A stretch of DNA of 64,000 nt, taken from the NCBI RefSeq assembly GCF_006345805.1, contig NC_042998.1, forward strand, positions 182,404,001 through 182,468,000, read 5' to 3'. The DNA comes from Octopus sinensis (lineage: Eukaryota). Below, piece after piece: positions 12,740-26,507 of the stretch. A program made the position numbers and the translations under genes. A model generated the notes under the pieces. It saw only the letters and a program-made list of their open reading frames with translations. It was not told the origin of the DNA and made no database searches. Each line of letters opens with the position of its first letter. Position 1 is the stretch's first letter.

Positions 12740-13253
12740 AAATGGGACAAGAACGCAAAACATCCAGAAAAAACGATACAAAGAAAACAAGGACGGGTCA
12801 TTCGGAGTTTTCTTTCCTCAGTCGAGTTCCAGATTATCTTTGCAATTTCGGCTGGTTATACTCGAGATTGCTCCAATCTGGCCAGCCCCAAGGAAAAACT
12901 AAGTTAAGAGCATTAGATTCCTTGGAAGAAAGCAGCGAATGTATACGAAATCAAGGACGGAAAAAACCGGAGAAGGTTACACAAATACAAATAACAGGAC
13001 ATAACAACAGGTGTCTTTCGACTAAGGACGAATTAAGTTAAGCTTGGTTCGGCCGCTGTCCGTGCAACATCTATATTCTTCCCTGTGTCTGTGAAATATC
13101 TTATCCCTGCCGGAATTTTCATTCCTCAGTCGAGTTCCAGATTATCTGTACAATTTCGGCTGGTTATACTCGAGATTTCTTCAATCTGGCCAGCCCCAAG
13201 GAAAAACTAAGCTAAGAGCATTGAATTCCTTGGAAGAAAGCAGCGAATGTATA
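12737..13253. mobile_element. Unclassified element with 132-bp direct repeats (12814-12945, 13122-13253), pLTR-like
   Basis: Two 132-bp copies with few mismatches, flanked by TA-rich sequence. Confidence 0.55.
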
Positions 13254-13303
13254 ATATACGTAAATACATATAGATATATATACGTACATACTTGAAAATA
13301 TGA

Positions 13304-13837
13304 TCAGGAGTGCCTTCAACCTACTGTTAAACACAGAGGGCTATATCTTGCAAATCCGCCGGCACAATGGTTTCCTTTCATGGCAGAATTAATAGTCAAG
13401 ACTAAGCATTTTATCTGATTAAATTCATCCTATGGTTGTGGAACTGTTCCTGGCAGGAAACGCAATCTATCAGGATGATAATGCACCAATTCACACAGCT
13501 AAGCTGTTACTGAATGGCATGAGGAACATTCTAGTGAAGTTGATCATCTTACTTATCTGGCCACCACAGGCCCCAGATCTCAATATTATTGAACATTTAT
13601 GATGCATTTTAGAAAAATAAGTAAGAAGTTGATATCGTCCACCATCATCTCTACAAGAACTGGAGACTGTTTTAGCTGAAGAATGGACAAAAATTCCCTT
13701 GGAAACAATTCAAACTTTGTGCGAATGCATACCTCGTGGAATTCAAGATGTAATTACTGCCAAAGGCGGTCCTACCCCATATGAAAATGAATTTGTTTGA
13801 AATTTTAAGGTGTTTCCATTATTTTGACCAACCCCTG
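13304..13837 (+). mobile_element. Tc1-like transposase 3' part (DD34E type, pseudogenised) and right TIR
   Basis: Translation IYQDDNAPIHTAK...WPPQAPDLNIIEHL...LQELETVLAEEWTKIPLETIQTL...AKGGPTPY with stops and frameshifts; ends ttattttgaccaacccctg followed by TA. Confidence 0.9.
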
Positions 13838-13880
13838 TATATATGTGTGTGTGTGTGTGCGTGTGCCTGTGTGTGTGTGT

Positions 13881-13958
13881 GTTCAGCTAAATAGGATACT
13901 TGAAAATATAATCATGATGATGATTATATTTTCAAGTATCCTTCCTATTTAGCTGAAC
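13881..13958. repeat. 78-bp palindrome (about 35-bp arms, 4-nt bulge)
   Basis: gttcagctaaataggatacttgaaaatataatca pairs with tgattatattttcaagtatcc(ttcc)tatttagctgaac. Confidence 0.85.
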
Positions 13959-14071
13959 TTAAATATTTTATTCCTTTAAATTATTATTGAGCACTCTGCA
14001 AATGGCTTTGCCCAAAAGATATATTTTCATTATATGTGGGAAATATTTATGCCACTAACTACTACCACACA

Positions 14072-14123
<52 letters not shown>

Positions 14124-14503
14124 CACACACACAAATATGTAATATCTCTATAAACCACAAGAAACTAGAAGCATTTTGACATGTGAGCAACGCTGAATAC
14201 ATGCGCGTGTGTGAGAGGTAATTCTGTTTAGATGCCGAGGCGGCAGTCGGTATATGTGAGGTCGTGTGTGTATATGTATTTGTGTGTGTGTATGCGTGTG
14301 TGTAAGTGCGTGGGCATGTGTGTGTGTGTGTGTTTGTGAATGTATGTATGTTGGTGTCTTGTATCAAATTTGATCAGTTATAAAATCCATTTACACTGCG
14401 AAATACTAACGGCGAAAATCTCATGAGATTCTATTAAATAACATATTTACTATATAGCATTAATGGAAAGGACGACACACACGTGCGCGCACACACACTT
14501 ATA

Positions 14504-14534
<31 letters not shown>

Positions 14535-14621
14535 TGTATGTATGTATGTATGTATGTATGTATGTATGTATGCACGTACGCATGAATAAATGTATGTATG
14601 TGTATGTGTATATATACATAT

Positions 14622-14683
<62 letters not shown>

Positions 14684-15401
14684 TATACACGCAAACACAT
14701 ACATACCTTACACACATATATATGTATGCATAGTTACATTCATCCCTGTATGTGTTTGTGTGTGAGTCTGTTATATATTAGTAGCTTACATACGTAAATA
14801 GATACATATATAGAAACGCACATGCTCGTATATATACATAAACACACACACACACACACACATATACACATACACACTCATATTTGCATCTGTAGCTACT
14901 AATAACATTCCAATAGCCCTTTATCCCATCATATCTTATTCTTATACCATTCTGTTGTAATTGTAAATGTTTACTGTTGGGTCAAATGTCAATATTTCTG
15001 GCTCCACATAACTTATTTATATTGTATACCCAAAGTTAAGGAGCAGACACCCGCCATCTTGTCGTTTATACAACGCCCACCTCTTCGTCACTCCCTCCCA
15101 GTTTCCCTCGTCACGTTGAGATGTCGATTCTTCTCTGGTCTCCTTCCACCTCTCGCTTCATCCTTAGTTCAACATCAGTTTTGTTAATGGTTTCGCTTCT
15201 ACAACAGCAACAACAACAAATACGGTCGCAACAGCAGCAACAACAGCAACAACAATAATAGATATAACCAACAGCAGCCAAAAATGGCTGTTTTAATAAA
15301 ATAACAATTGAAATGACAAACAGTGACAAATTGAGGCTAGAAGCGAGTTAACGAAAACAGCATCAGTACCAGCATGATAAAAGCACGATCAACTTTGTAG
15401 T

Positions 15402-15454
<53 letters not shown>

Positions 15455-15485
15455 TACAGCAACAACGATAATAACAACAGCCTTA

Positions 15486-15812
15486 CCCGTGAAGAGGCGT
15501 CTTACGCAGTCACCACATTTGCTAGATATAGCAACCCAGGCCCTCTCAACCGCTCCCTACCGTTTTAAAATAAAAGGGAACATTAAGAAAAATGTAAGTT
15601 TAGGATAAAGAATCCCTTCGATCATGAATGACCTAGAATGTTGCCCCGTGAAGAGGCGTCTTACGCAGTCACCACATTTGCTAGATATAGCAACCCAGGC
15701 TCTCTCAACCGCTCTCTACCGTCTTAAAATAAAGAGGGAACATTAAGCAAAATGTAAGTCTAGGATAAAGGCTGAAGAACCCCTTCGATCATGAGTGACC
15801 TAGAAAGTTGCC
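15486..15812 (+). repeat. Tandem duplication (159-bp period) of a dispersed repeat
   Basis: Both units start cccgtgaagaggcgtcttacgcagtcacc; related degenerate pieces at about 16160, 18130, 22260 and 45410. Confidence 0.8.
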
Positions 15813-15824
15813 CTCCGAGGCACA

Positions 15825-16042
15825 AATCCGAGCAAGGTTATTTTATGGAAGACCAGCTGTCGCTCATGCATAAGGGAAAGGCAAAGGCTGATACAGCTTG
15901 GCACCTGTGATGTTGCAACTAATTTCTACAGATGAATGAACTGGAGTAACATGAAATAAAGAGTCTTGCTCAAGAACACAGCACACAGTCCAGTCCGGGA
16001 ATCGAACTCACTACCTCATGATTGTTAGCCCGATGCTCTAAT
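15825..16042 (-). mobile_element. SINE family C copy
   Basis: gaaataaagagtcttgctcaag...ccgggaatcgaactcactacc is the reverse complement of a tRNA-like head plus CORE-like region. Confidence 0.65.
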
Positions 16043-16365
16043 CACTGAGCCATGTACCTTTCTATCTAGATACAAAACGAGATTGTCGAGTGTGAACGCT
16101 TTTGATCATAGTTCTGCTCGATTAGAAATGAACTGGGGATAACAAAAACAAGCTAGTAACATGTGAGACAACCATGAAGCCTCTATGCAGTCACACTGAC
16201 TGCTAGGAATGCTACACAGATTCCCTTAATACCAACATTGCATCATCTTAAAAGCATTGTATATTTTATAATGACTTACATCATAACTTTTGATCATGAG
16301 TCTACTCGGTTAGAGCTGACCTGGTACTAACCAAAAGTAACAGTTTTGATTGCTACAACATAAAT

Positions 16366-16735
16366 AAACAAGAGCACTCAGAGAGCGCCAACCTCCGCCA
16401 AGGCAGCACCAACATCCTCTCAACGATTAGCCAGAGATGATTTTTAAAATGCGGATATCTGAAATAAACTTAACTGCTCTTACACACGAGAATACTAAAA
16501 ATGAACCTGACTGCTCTCAAAAATTAAGTAAAAAAACAGGAAAAATTATCCAGAATACTTGTCCGGTATCGCATTGATCCCAAAATCTAATCAGTTCGTG
16601 CCAGACCCGAGGCCAAACATCCCCGAAAGTTTCATCCGAATCCATTCAGCGATTCTTGAGATATTTTGTCCACGGAAAGACAAACAAACAAACAAACACG
16701 ACTGAAAATACATCCGTTTTCGCTAAAAGTGACAA
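16366..16735 (+). mobile_element. HINE/DINE-like element (aacaagagcactcag...acctccgcc...(CAAA)n)
   Basis: Subterminal acctccgccaaggc motif, (acaa)n near the 3' end. Confidence 0.45.
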
Positions 16736-17375
16736 AACGTTATAAGAGCGATGAAAATGACGATAGCATTGGAACTACAGACATGCTAACATCTTGCTTG
16801 TGTCCTACTATGGACAGTTCGGTTTTTACCAAGATCGATACAAGGAGGGACAACAATGTTGAAAATGGGCTAAAATATATACGACAATGAATGTGAAATG
16901 TAGTTAGGTGTTGTAGATAGAAGATACACTGATTGATGAATGTTTCGATGGTCATCATAAAATACGTGCTCATAGGTCTGAGACTCGACTGTCTTTGTTC
17001 TTAACTCTGCCAGTTAAAGACTACCTGGTATAGACTGAAGCCAAGCAACAACAGTGAGTTCCAGTATTAAATTTTAAGTCTGGCACTTACCCTATTGGTC
17101 TTTTTTTGCCATATCATTAAGTTACGAGGATGCAAACAAATCAACACCGGTTAGCAAGTCTTGGTGGGACTCACACACACAAACACACACACACAAATAT
17201 AGTTCACAGAAGAAACCCAGATATTCTCTGTATAGAAGACACTTAGCAGTGCTCAAAAGATTCAAACCTAGACTTCGATTTCTTTACAGCGAATTTGAAC
17301 TCAGAATTTGAAGACGGATGAAATGCTGCTAATCAACTTGTCCGGCATGGGAACATTTTTGTCAGCTTTACACAA

Positions 17376-17409
<34 letters not shown>

Positions 17410-17647
17410 GTAACAGCAGCAATTATTCTATGCGTTGACAATGCAAACATCATTTACGGCAGTTTCTGTTCATCAGCTTTATAAGTTATTGGTGTTTAAT
17501 ACTAAGCAGACCATGCACGAGCGTACAAATGATCACAAATGTTCTAGTTGTGAAGATTCTCTTTTTCTATATATGAGTAACTAGATTGTCCTGTCTATCA
17601 TTTATTTCATCTTTTAGCATTCAGATTAATCTATCAAAATTAATTCT

Positions 17648-18061
17648 TATTTCTTTATTGCCCACAAGAGGCTAAACATAGAGGGGACAAACAAGGACAG
17701 ACATAGGTTTTAAGTCGATTACATCGACCCCAGTATGTAACTGGTACTTATTTTATCTACCCCAAAAGGATGAAAGGCAAAGTCGACCTCGGCGGAATTT
17801 GGACTCAGAACGTAACGGTAGACGAAATACCTATTTCTTTACTACCCACAAGGGGCTAAACACAGAGAGGACAAACAAGGACAGACAAACGGATTAAGTC
17901 GATTATATCGACCCATATGCGTAACTGGTACTTATTTAATCGACCCCGAAAGGATGAAAGGCAAAGTCGACCTCGGCGGAATTTGAACTCAGAACGTAGC
18001 GGCAAACGAAATACCGCTAAGCATTTCGCCCGGCGTGCTAACGTTTCTGCCAGCTCGCCGC
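17648..18061 (-). mobile_element. SINE family A dimer (full unit plus headless unit)
   Basis: Head ggcgagctggcagaaacgttagc, B box gagttcaaattcc, tail cccttgtgggtagtaaagaaata; internal junction at 17821-17840. Confidence 0.9.
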
Positions 18062-18671
18062 TTTTCCAAAATGAATTCTTATTAATTCGCATTATTTTGA
18101 ATTAATCAAGCATTCTCTTGTAACATTGAGATTGCAACGATGTCGTTGTATATTTTTAGAATGACATTGTAGAGTAGATGTAAGAGGCCAGATTTTGATG
18201 CTTTGAACATACAATAGGTAAAATATTTGGGCTAGTTTAAATGATAAAAGGTTAAGGGTGTGATTTGAGGAGAAATTTGACTGCCATTTCCAGCTGGTTT
18301 AACGGTCGTGTAGAAGCTCCCTCATTCATTCATAGATTGTAAGTTTTTTCAGTTGTTGTTGGTGGTGGTGGTGGGGTTAAATCAATGTTTTTTATATTTG
18401 TGGTCCCTACTACACTGAGAATAATGGTTAGCTTGGTGAGATTAATACTATTCAAATTCAGTTAGAACGTGTGCCTGTTGTTTAGTGGGAGGAGAATATA
18501 TACAGAGATGTAATTTTAGGTGGAGGGCATTGTGACTCTAGAGTAGCGATTCTGAAAATGGGGTGTTGTAGTATTTGGTCGGGCGTGGGTTACTTCAGAA
18601 GGAGTGGGGTGTAGTGACAATAAAATTTTTATTAAGACTGCTAGTCGAAGAACTGAAACAAGTGTGTGTAT

Positions 18672-18718
<47 letters not shown>

Positions 18719-18720
18719 TA

Positions 18721-18776
<56 letters not shown>

Positions 18777-18880
18777 TTTTTGAGATCTAGTTATATGTTT
18801 TATAAAAATATATATTTGTTATTTATGTTTTGGTTTATGTCTATCACTGTTTGAGTTGAATAATAGTGGTTTTATCCCTA

Positions 18881-18915
<35 letters not shown>

Positions 18916-19119
18916 GAGAAAAACAACTAGTTTTAAATCTCTGATTGAGGTCTGTGTAGTAACAGTACTGAATAGTAAAGTTTATTTGCCAACGTGGCAG
19001 TCCTGAATAGAACTATGTTACTACTTTTTAACCCCAGGAAAACATTCTTTCCAGCTGGTTTATCGACACATGATTTGTGTCCAAGACACACTGTTAGTAA
19101 GGAGGTTTACTGCTCCCTT

Positions 19120-19420
19120 CTAGCCGACATAAAAAAAAACGTTGAACACAATAAGAAACGAAAACATAAAAACAAAAACGTAGAAGCGAACTTTTTTCGA
19201 ACAACAACAAAACCCCACCCCAGAGAAACGAGACATGCAACATAAAGAATATTCCCCCTCATCAGTTGTCCCTGTTTCATTTACTCTGCGTTTCGAAGGC
19301 AAGGACAATACGCGACTTCGTTGAAACAGTTCTTCCCGCAAAGCAAATTAAATAATATTTGGGATTTTTTGAGGGGGTGAAAGTGGTAACAAGAACAGGA
19401 CAGTGAGAACAAAACAGTAA
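19120..19420 (-). mobile_element. Penelope-like pLTR-type relic
   Basis: GAAA-N25-CTGATGA motif at 19259-19294; related to 59770-60131. Confidence 0.45.
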
Positions 19421-19552
19421 AAACAAATCGTGAGGGTTGTTAAGCCAAGACGATAGAAAAATTATTATGAACGCTAGGAAGACGAGCTTATGAGAGGAGA
19501 CAGTATAAGCACGTGTATATATATGATATAAATACTATATATATATATATAC

Positions 19553-19937
19553 GCGTAGCAGTGGCTGTGTGGTAAGTAGCTTGCTTACCAGCCACATGGT
19601 TCCGGGTTCTGTCCCATGCGTGGCACCTTGGGCAAGTGTCTTCTACTATAGCCGCGGGCCGACCAAAGCCTTGTGAGTGGATTTGGTAGTCAGAAACTGA
19701 AAGAGGCCTGTCGTATATATGTATATATATGTATGTGTGTGTATCTGTGTTTGTCCCCCCAACATCGTTTGACAACCGATGCTGGTGTGCTTATGTCTCC
19801 GTAACTTAGCGGTTCGGCCAAAAAGTTCGCTAGAATAAGTACTAGGCTTCCAAAGAATAAGTCCTGGGGTCGATTTGCTCGACTAAAGGCGGTGCTCCAA
19901 CATGGCCGCAGTCAAATGACTGAAACAAGTAAAAAAA
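19553..19937 (+). mobile_element. SINE family B copy
   Basis: Full-length match to 9120-9508. Confidence 0.85.
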
Positions 19938-20206
19938 CAATCTATATATGCACACGCACACACACATATATGCATACATATATACATACATATATGTATA
20001 TATATGTATACATATGTATACATATATGCACATACATACATAAATATGCTATATACTAAATTCGTCCGTTCATGGTGGGACTCATGGTTCCTTCTTTTTA
20101 TTTTAAAATCAACATGTGACGTTGGGCAAAATGATTGAGAAATACTATTTAAAATGAACAGAAACTGTGATACGAGAGAGTGAGAAGTTTGAGTCGATAT
20201 ACAGAA

Positions 20207-20437
20207 GGCGGCGAGCTGGCAGAAACGTTAGCACGCCGGGCGAAATGCGTAGCGTATTTCGTCCTGCCATTACGTTCTGAGTTCAAATCCCGCCGAGGTC
20301 GACTTTGCCTTTCAGCCTTTCGGGTCGATAAATTAAGTACCAGTTACGCACTGGGGTCGATGTAATCGATCACTCAATCCGTAGTCTGTCCTTGTTTGTC
20401 CCCTCTATGTTCAGCCCTTGTGGGTAATAAAGAAACA
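20207..20437 (+). mobile_element. SINE family A monomer with 11-bp TSD
   Basis: TSD gatatacagaa at 20196-20206 and 20438-20448. Confidence 0.9.
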
Positions 20438-20750
20438 GATATACAGAACCTTTGTTAATTTTTATAAAACTCGAAAAACTAAATAAACTAGAAAATAATA
20501 ACATTTTCTTTACAAGATCCCAGATGAAACAATATCCAGGCAGGAAACTCAAAAAGATGGCAGCAGTGTCGAACTCCCTCCTTCACCAAAAGCCAATAAT
20601 ATAGAATTGGCCAATTAAAGAGTGATTACACTGGTGGTGCCCCAGCATGGCCACAGCCTTGTGGCTGAAACAGAATTTCTCATTGAAGTACTCTTCGCCA
20701 TTTGTATGCATGTACGTACGTACGTACGTACGTATGTATGTATGTGTATG

Positions 20751-21304
20751 TCAGGTCACTTTCGAGTGCTACTGGTAACATGTAACTCAGTACAACCTGT
20801 TGCATGGTCGGGTCGTCGGCGACTAAACCGGCAACCCACACCAAGCTTGCTTGGTGAGGAGGGTGTTTATTGGACACCCTGCGGGATGAAAAACAAAACC
20901 TGTCAAGGGCGGAGGAAACTCTTGAGAGTCAACGGCCATCCAATAAATGTCTTAAGGCTTTATCATGCGCGGGACATAGAAAATATCGGACTGAATACCC
21001 GATCGCGCGGTTAAACCATTGTTAGTGAAGGACTCCTAGCCTTTGTTAGGGCATCCTTCTAGGAGAAGGTAACTCGGGTAACTGGGATAACTCCGACATA
21101 AAACCTGCGGCTCAGTAGTTACCGATGATGTCGACTTGTTCTTCTTTTCGGATTATGGCTGCTGTTGCTTAGTGAGTGGGATTGACTCAGTGCACAGCCT
21201 GTCCTCATTTCAAAAAAAATCTTCTTGCACAGGCATTGCACGATAACAACATTGATTAAGCTTCGTGCAATGGCCATACTCGATAACGAGGGGGCAGCCA
21301 TCAT
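20751..21304 (+). mobile_element. About 550-bp non-autonomous RTE-related element, copy 1
   Basis: Second copy at 50647-51200; last 50 nt are essentially identical to the RTE 3'UTR at 40115-40164; (ATGT)n tail. Confidence 0.75.
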
Positions 21305-21504
21305 GTATGTATGTATGTATGTATGTATGTATGTATGTATGTATGTATGTATGTATGTATGTATGTATGTATGTATGTATGTATGTATTTATGTATGTAT
21401 GTATGTTATGTATTATGTATGTATGTATTTATGTATGTATGTATGTATGTATGTATGTATGTATGTATGCAAGTATGTATGTAGTATGTATGTATGTATG
21501 TATG

Positions 21505-21532
<28 letters not shown>
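21303..21532. repeat. (ATGT)n tail/microsatellite
   Basis: Direct inspection. Confidence 0.95.
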
Positions 21533-21535
<3 letters not shown>

Positions 21536-22435
21536 GAGTGTATTTATGAATGCATGTATGCATGTATATATGTATGTACCTACCTGCATACAAATACACA
21601 CACAGTCGCACACACACAATATACAATTTTTGGTGCTGATGAATACAACTCTAATTGTCGTGTCTGTGATGTAGGAAGAGTTTGGCGTCTCACCACGGAT
21701 CTCTAGCACGGCCTGACAGGAAATGTCAAGGCTGTATCTGGATGCAATGTTTTGTTGAAGGTTAAGAAAGAATGGAGGGTATACAAGGAAGTGTGTCTAC
21801 TAGTTAGTGTTGGCGGTATGAACAACATTGGAATTGACCTTCGGCGATAACAATAACAACTTCAACGATGACAACAGAAACTAGGATAACAACCGTTGCA
21901 ACAGCAATAACATCAGCTATGGAACTGTAACGGTCATGATAACAATAATGATGGAAATATCGACCATGGCAGTGATGAAACAACTAAAATATTAACAATA
22001 GCGACAAGAAGACGGTTAAAGTAAACAGCAAATACTGTTAAGTCTACATCATTAACATTGATGACAATGACAAAAGAAAAAGAAAAAGCAGAAATCACAT
22101 TTAAGAGGTTTTTTTAATTGCTTTGTTTAAAACTGCGGTTATAATAACAAGCGCAGTAGAGCACAATTAGCCGTCACTCGCGAGCCAGTGTATTTTGGTA
22201 GCATGCTCCATGTTTTCGTTAAAAGCTTTAGTTGTCTATGTAGTCACGAACAGACATAGACAACTTCTCCACTGACATACCTTTACGTAGCAGCACATCA
22301 GAGGAGATGGCGATAATGACATCTATGTGATTACTCAGCCTGTTAGAAAGAGCAGTCAAATCTCCTTTAAATTACATTCAATCATCTTTAGAAAAGTAAA
22401 GATTCATTTAATATCATTTGGGATATACTCTGAAG

Positions 22436-22442
22436 ATAGATG

Positions 22443-22513
<71 letters not shown>
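22436..22513. repeat. (GATA)n microsatellite
   Basis: Direct inspection. Confidence 0.95.
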
Positions 22514-22515
<2 letters not shown>

Positions 22516-22947
22516 ACAGAGAGATAGAGAGAGGAGGAGGTGAGAAAGAGGAAGAGGTGAGAAAAAGGAAGAGGTGAGAAAGAGGAAGAGGAAGAGAAAG
22601 GCTGGGTGGTAAAAAAAAAAGGTTGGAACAGTCCAAACCATGAAAAGTCTGTGAAAAAAACAAACAAGGGAAAGAACAAAATGGTAACAGAATTAACAGC
22701 AAATACAAGGGGAAAAAAGCACTTACAAATTCTACCCAAGAATGGTTTACCTTTCGTGAAGAAATAAAACTATTTCTTTAGCAAGACAATTATGACGTGG
22801 AAGGAGGCTGAGGGACTGTTTAAAATAGGGATATTTTGGAAACGAGAATGCGCTCGTATATCCTAAACACATTTTATAAAAATAAAGATTAATCGCACGC
22901 TACGAACACAGAAGGAGGGCAGGTTAGTGTTTGGAAAACCTCCTTTT

Positions 22948-22997
22948 TATCATTATTATTATTATTACTACTATTATTATTATTATTATTATTATTA

Positions 22998-23028
<31 letters not shown>

Positions 23029-23029
23029 G

Positions 23030-23072
<43 letters not shown>
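22948..23072. repeat. (ATT)n microsatellite
   Basis: Direct inspection. Confidence 0.95.
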
Positions 23073-23073
<1 letters not shown>

Positions 23074-23794
23074 GCTATCTGGTATTCGAGTGTACATTCT
23101 AATTACATTTTATACAAATAAACACTTCACTAATTAATAAGAGAAGCTAAATTGGGAAACTGGAAGAACGCAGTGTGAAAACAGTAAGAACAACAGTAAT
23201 AGAGTCGAGTTCTTCAAAGGGGACCAAAACATTTGATATTGCGCTGCTGCACTATTCTTTCTTTTTCTTCTTTCCCTCCTTCCTCCATTCATTCATTCAT
23301 TCATTCATTTATTACTTCATTTCTCTCTTCTCTTCTTCCTTCCAAGTAAAAAGAGGAACCAACGAAGCGATGTAGTTCATTACTGTTATGTAGGCAGCGT
23401 GGGGATTGAATACTTGACGTGTGTTTTGTTAACTTGCAGTTCTGAGCTCGTAACATCCCATGCAAACATATATGTAGATGTCAAAGCAGTGCTCCACCGC
23501 CACTACCAAAAACAACAACAACAATAACCGTAAAAAAAAAGCAACAACAATAGCAGAAAGAGCAACAATCAGTGAAGGTTCCTCCCCCACGTGTTACCAG
23601 ACCGAAAATCTAAAACGTGCTGAAATGAACAGACAGTTAATATAAAAATATTATGACATTGGAATATACACTTCGGTCGTAACGTATAAAATAATACATC
23701 CATTTCAAGCTATACAACGTTAAACTTTCTTAAAATGTTAAATATAGAGGTCAGACACTCTGTGCACAGTGAGACTAAGTCATACAGTCTTGAA

Positions 23795-24159
23795 GGCAGC
23801 GAGCTGGCAGAATCGTTCTGAGTTCAAATTCCGCCGAGGTCGACTTTGCCTTTCATCCTTTCGGGGTCGATTAAATAAGTACCAGTTACGCACTGGGGTC
23901 GATGTAATCGACGTAATCCCTTTGTCTGTCCTTTATTGTCCCCTCTGTGTGTAGCCCCTTGTGGGTAGTAAAGAAATAGGTATTTCGTCTGCTGCTACGG
24001 TCTGAGTTCAAATTCCGCCGAGGTCGATTTTGCCTTTCATCCTTTCGGGGTCGATAAATTAAGTACCAGTTACGCACCAGTAATCGAGTTAATCCGTTTG
24101 TCTGTCCTTGTTTGTCCACTCTATGTTTAGCCCCTTGTGGGCAATAAAGAAATAAGAAG
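23795..24159 (+). mobile_element. SINE family A dimer with 13-bp TSD
   Basis: TSD taagtcatacagt at 23776-23788 and 24160-24172. Confidence 0.9.
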
Positions 24160-24359
24160 TAAGTCATACAGTTTTATGAATTCATTTGCATTTGTAATGA
24201 TTAGCTTAAGTCTAACAGAACTATGGTTTGAAATGATAGATTTGAGAACAGAAAAGTTGAGTTTGTGATAGAGTATTGCTGAAGAGACTAAAGTATATTT
24301 GTGCAATATAGTACTGTATAGTACAGGAAAATATTGTTACAGAACAGCATAAGTATATA

Positions 24360-24614
24360 AGGTAACTGGCACTCTGTCGGTTACTACGATGATGGTTCCG
24401 GTCGATCCGATCCACGGAATAGCCTGCTCGTGAAATTAACGTGAAAGTGGTTGAGCACGCCACAGATACGTGTATCGTTAATGTAGTTCTCAAGGAGATT
24501 CAGTGAGACACAGAATGTGACAAGGCTGCCCTTTTGAATTACTGGTACGATTCATTTTTGCCAGCTGAATGTATTGGAGCAACGTGAAATAAAGTGCCTT
24601 GCTTAAAGACACAA
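24360..24614 (-). mobile_element. SINE family C copy (3' part)
   Basis: Shares gagcaacgtgaaataaagtgccttgc with other family C copies. Confidence 0.55.
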
Positions 24615-25243
24615 GTTTCTTTTTGAGTGGAGTTTTAGTGTTTTATATCTGTCTCTTTCTAATACTTTGCATTTTTTTCTTATAAAATAAAGGACTGCTA
24701 CTTGAGAAACAAAGATTTATCACTGGAATAAAGATAACAATAAAAGTATAGAGTTACACTTTGAATTTCAAACAAGCCTTGCATGTTTTGTGTACAGGTT
24801 GAATTCTGGACTATTTTTATCTAGAAATACAGTATCTTTTATAGATACTTAAAAAATTAGGGACTTAGCCAAGTGATCCAATGATTACGTATTACAAGTG
24901 TATAATTATATTATGGGAAGAGGCAGTGTAAGACTGCAATTGTAAGAGTGCACGATTCCACATATTTGAAAGAAATTCTTACATCCACCGGTCAGCTGAC
25001 CTCATAAGTCCGTGGACTTTGTCTGCTGATCACATCAACTACATGGGGTTTGTTATGCTTGTATTTAATACAAATTTTGATGGGGATATTTTACCAAAAT
25101 TCCTTGTTAGAATGTATAAATACTAGGTGAGTCAAAGGATTTTTTTGATTTTCACTGATGATTTTTGGCAACTTGTATTTCCACGTTTTATTAATTTGTT
25201 ACAACTTGTCATCCAATCGTTGTTGAATTGTTTATTCTTTATT

Positions 25244-25660
25244 TTTATATATCTCTCTATATATAAACGGCAGTTTGTCTGTCTGTGTGTCTGTGTGGCT
25301 GTCAGGTTGTACCCTCACCCTGACCACGGCTTTCAACCAATTCTGATGAAACTTGACACACACATAGCCCAATGTCATAATTCAAAACTAACGCAGCGAA
25401 AATTTTGAAAAGTTCCCCCAGTTCTGAAAAAATCGATAAATTCGACATGGGGTCGAGAATCTAAGCTTTTTTTATACAACACATTTTCTGTCGGGAGACA
25501 GCTAGGAACATCGTATACATAGAAGTATTCGAGTGAAGAGAAGACATTGCAACCTACACATGCGCCTTCGTTCCCTAGAGGGAAAGAACTAGATTGGGAT
25601 TAGTCGTTGCCTACTAGGGGCTCTTACATACCCGGGCAACGTCGGGCTATGCTGCTAGTA
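25244..25660 (-). mobile_element. HINE/DINE-like element
   Basis: Minus strand starts tactagcagcatagcccgacgttgcccggg and ends cagacagacaaactgccgtttatatatag. Confidence 0.65.
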
Positions 25661-25774
25661 TCATATAAACGTTAACTGCTTAATCTTCGTTTTGCAGCTT
25701 TGATAATGAATGGTGAAAAACTGCAATTGAAGATATTTTACGAACCTGTGGGAAAAGAGCTGTAAGATCTGCGT

Positions 25775-26089
25775 ATGTATGTATGTATGCATTTATGTAT
25801 GTATGTATGTATGTATGTATATATATATGTATGTATGTATGTATGTATGAATGTATGTATGTATGTATTCATGCATGCATGTATCCATGTACGATTTTTC
25901 TTTGCGATATTTAAATTCTTTTCCATTGTAAAAGTCAAGCCGGTCACTTACAAAGTGTCAAGGATCTTTCGTTTTAGTAAAGACATCTTGAGGTTTTTAG
26001 ATATCGGGATTGATTGCCACGTGTGCGTATGTATGTATGTATGTATGTATGTATGTATGTATGTATGTGTAAGTGCGTGCGTGTGTATG

Positions 26090-26123
<34 letters not shown>

Positions 26124-26507
26124 TGTATGTATGTATGTATGTATGTATGTATGTATGTACGTACGTACGTACGTATGTATGTATGTATGTATGTAAGTAT
26201 GTACGTACGTATGTATGTATGTATATATGTGCATGTATGTATGTATGTATATGTATGTATGTATGTATGTATGTGTGTGTGCGTAAGTGCGTGCGTGTGT
26301 ATGTATGTATATATGTATGTATGTATCTGTGTATATGTATGTATTATGTATGTACGTACGTATAAACGTATGTATGTATGTATGTATATGTATGTATGTA
26401 TGTATGTATATGTATGTATGTATGTATGTATATGTATGTATGTATGCAAGTATGTATGTATGTATGTATGTATGTATATATGTATGTATGAATGTATGTA
26501 TGTATGT
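25775..26507. repeat. (TATG)n-derived arrays
   Basis: Direct inspection; interrupted by unique sequence at about 25890-26020. Confidence 0.9.

Noticed and set aside
12795-12825. CTGAGGA...GAA on the minus strand as a hammerhead
   Set aside because: No GAAA core or stems I/III in the required positions.
15051-15060. Perfect YY1-like motif CCGCCATCTT suggesting a promoter
   Set aside because: A single 10-mer with no supported downstream gene; cannot be validated from sequence.
16740-16973. 77-aa minus-strand ORF as an exon
   Set aside because: No recognisable motif and no convincing polypyrimidine acceptor.
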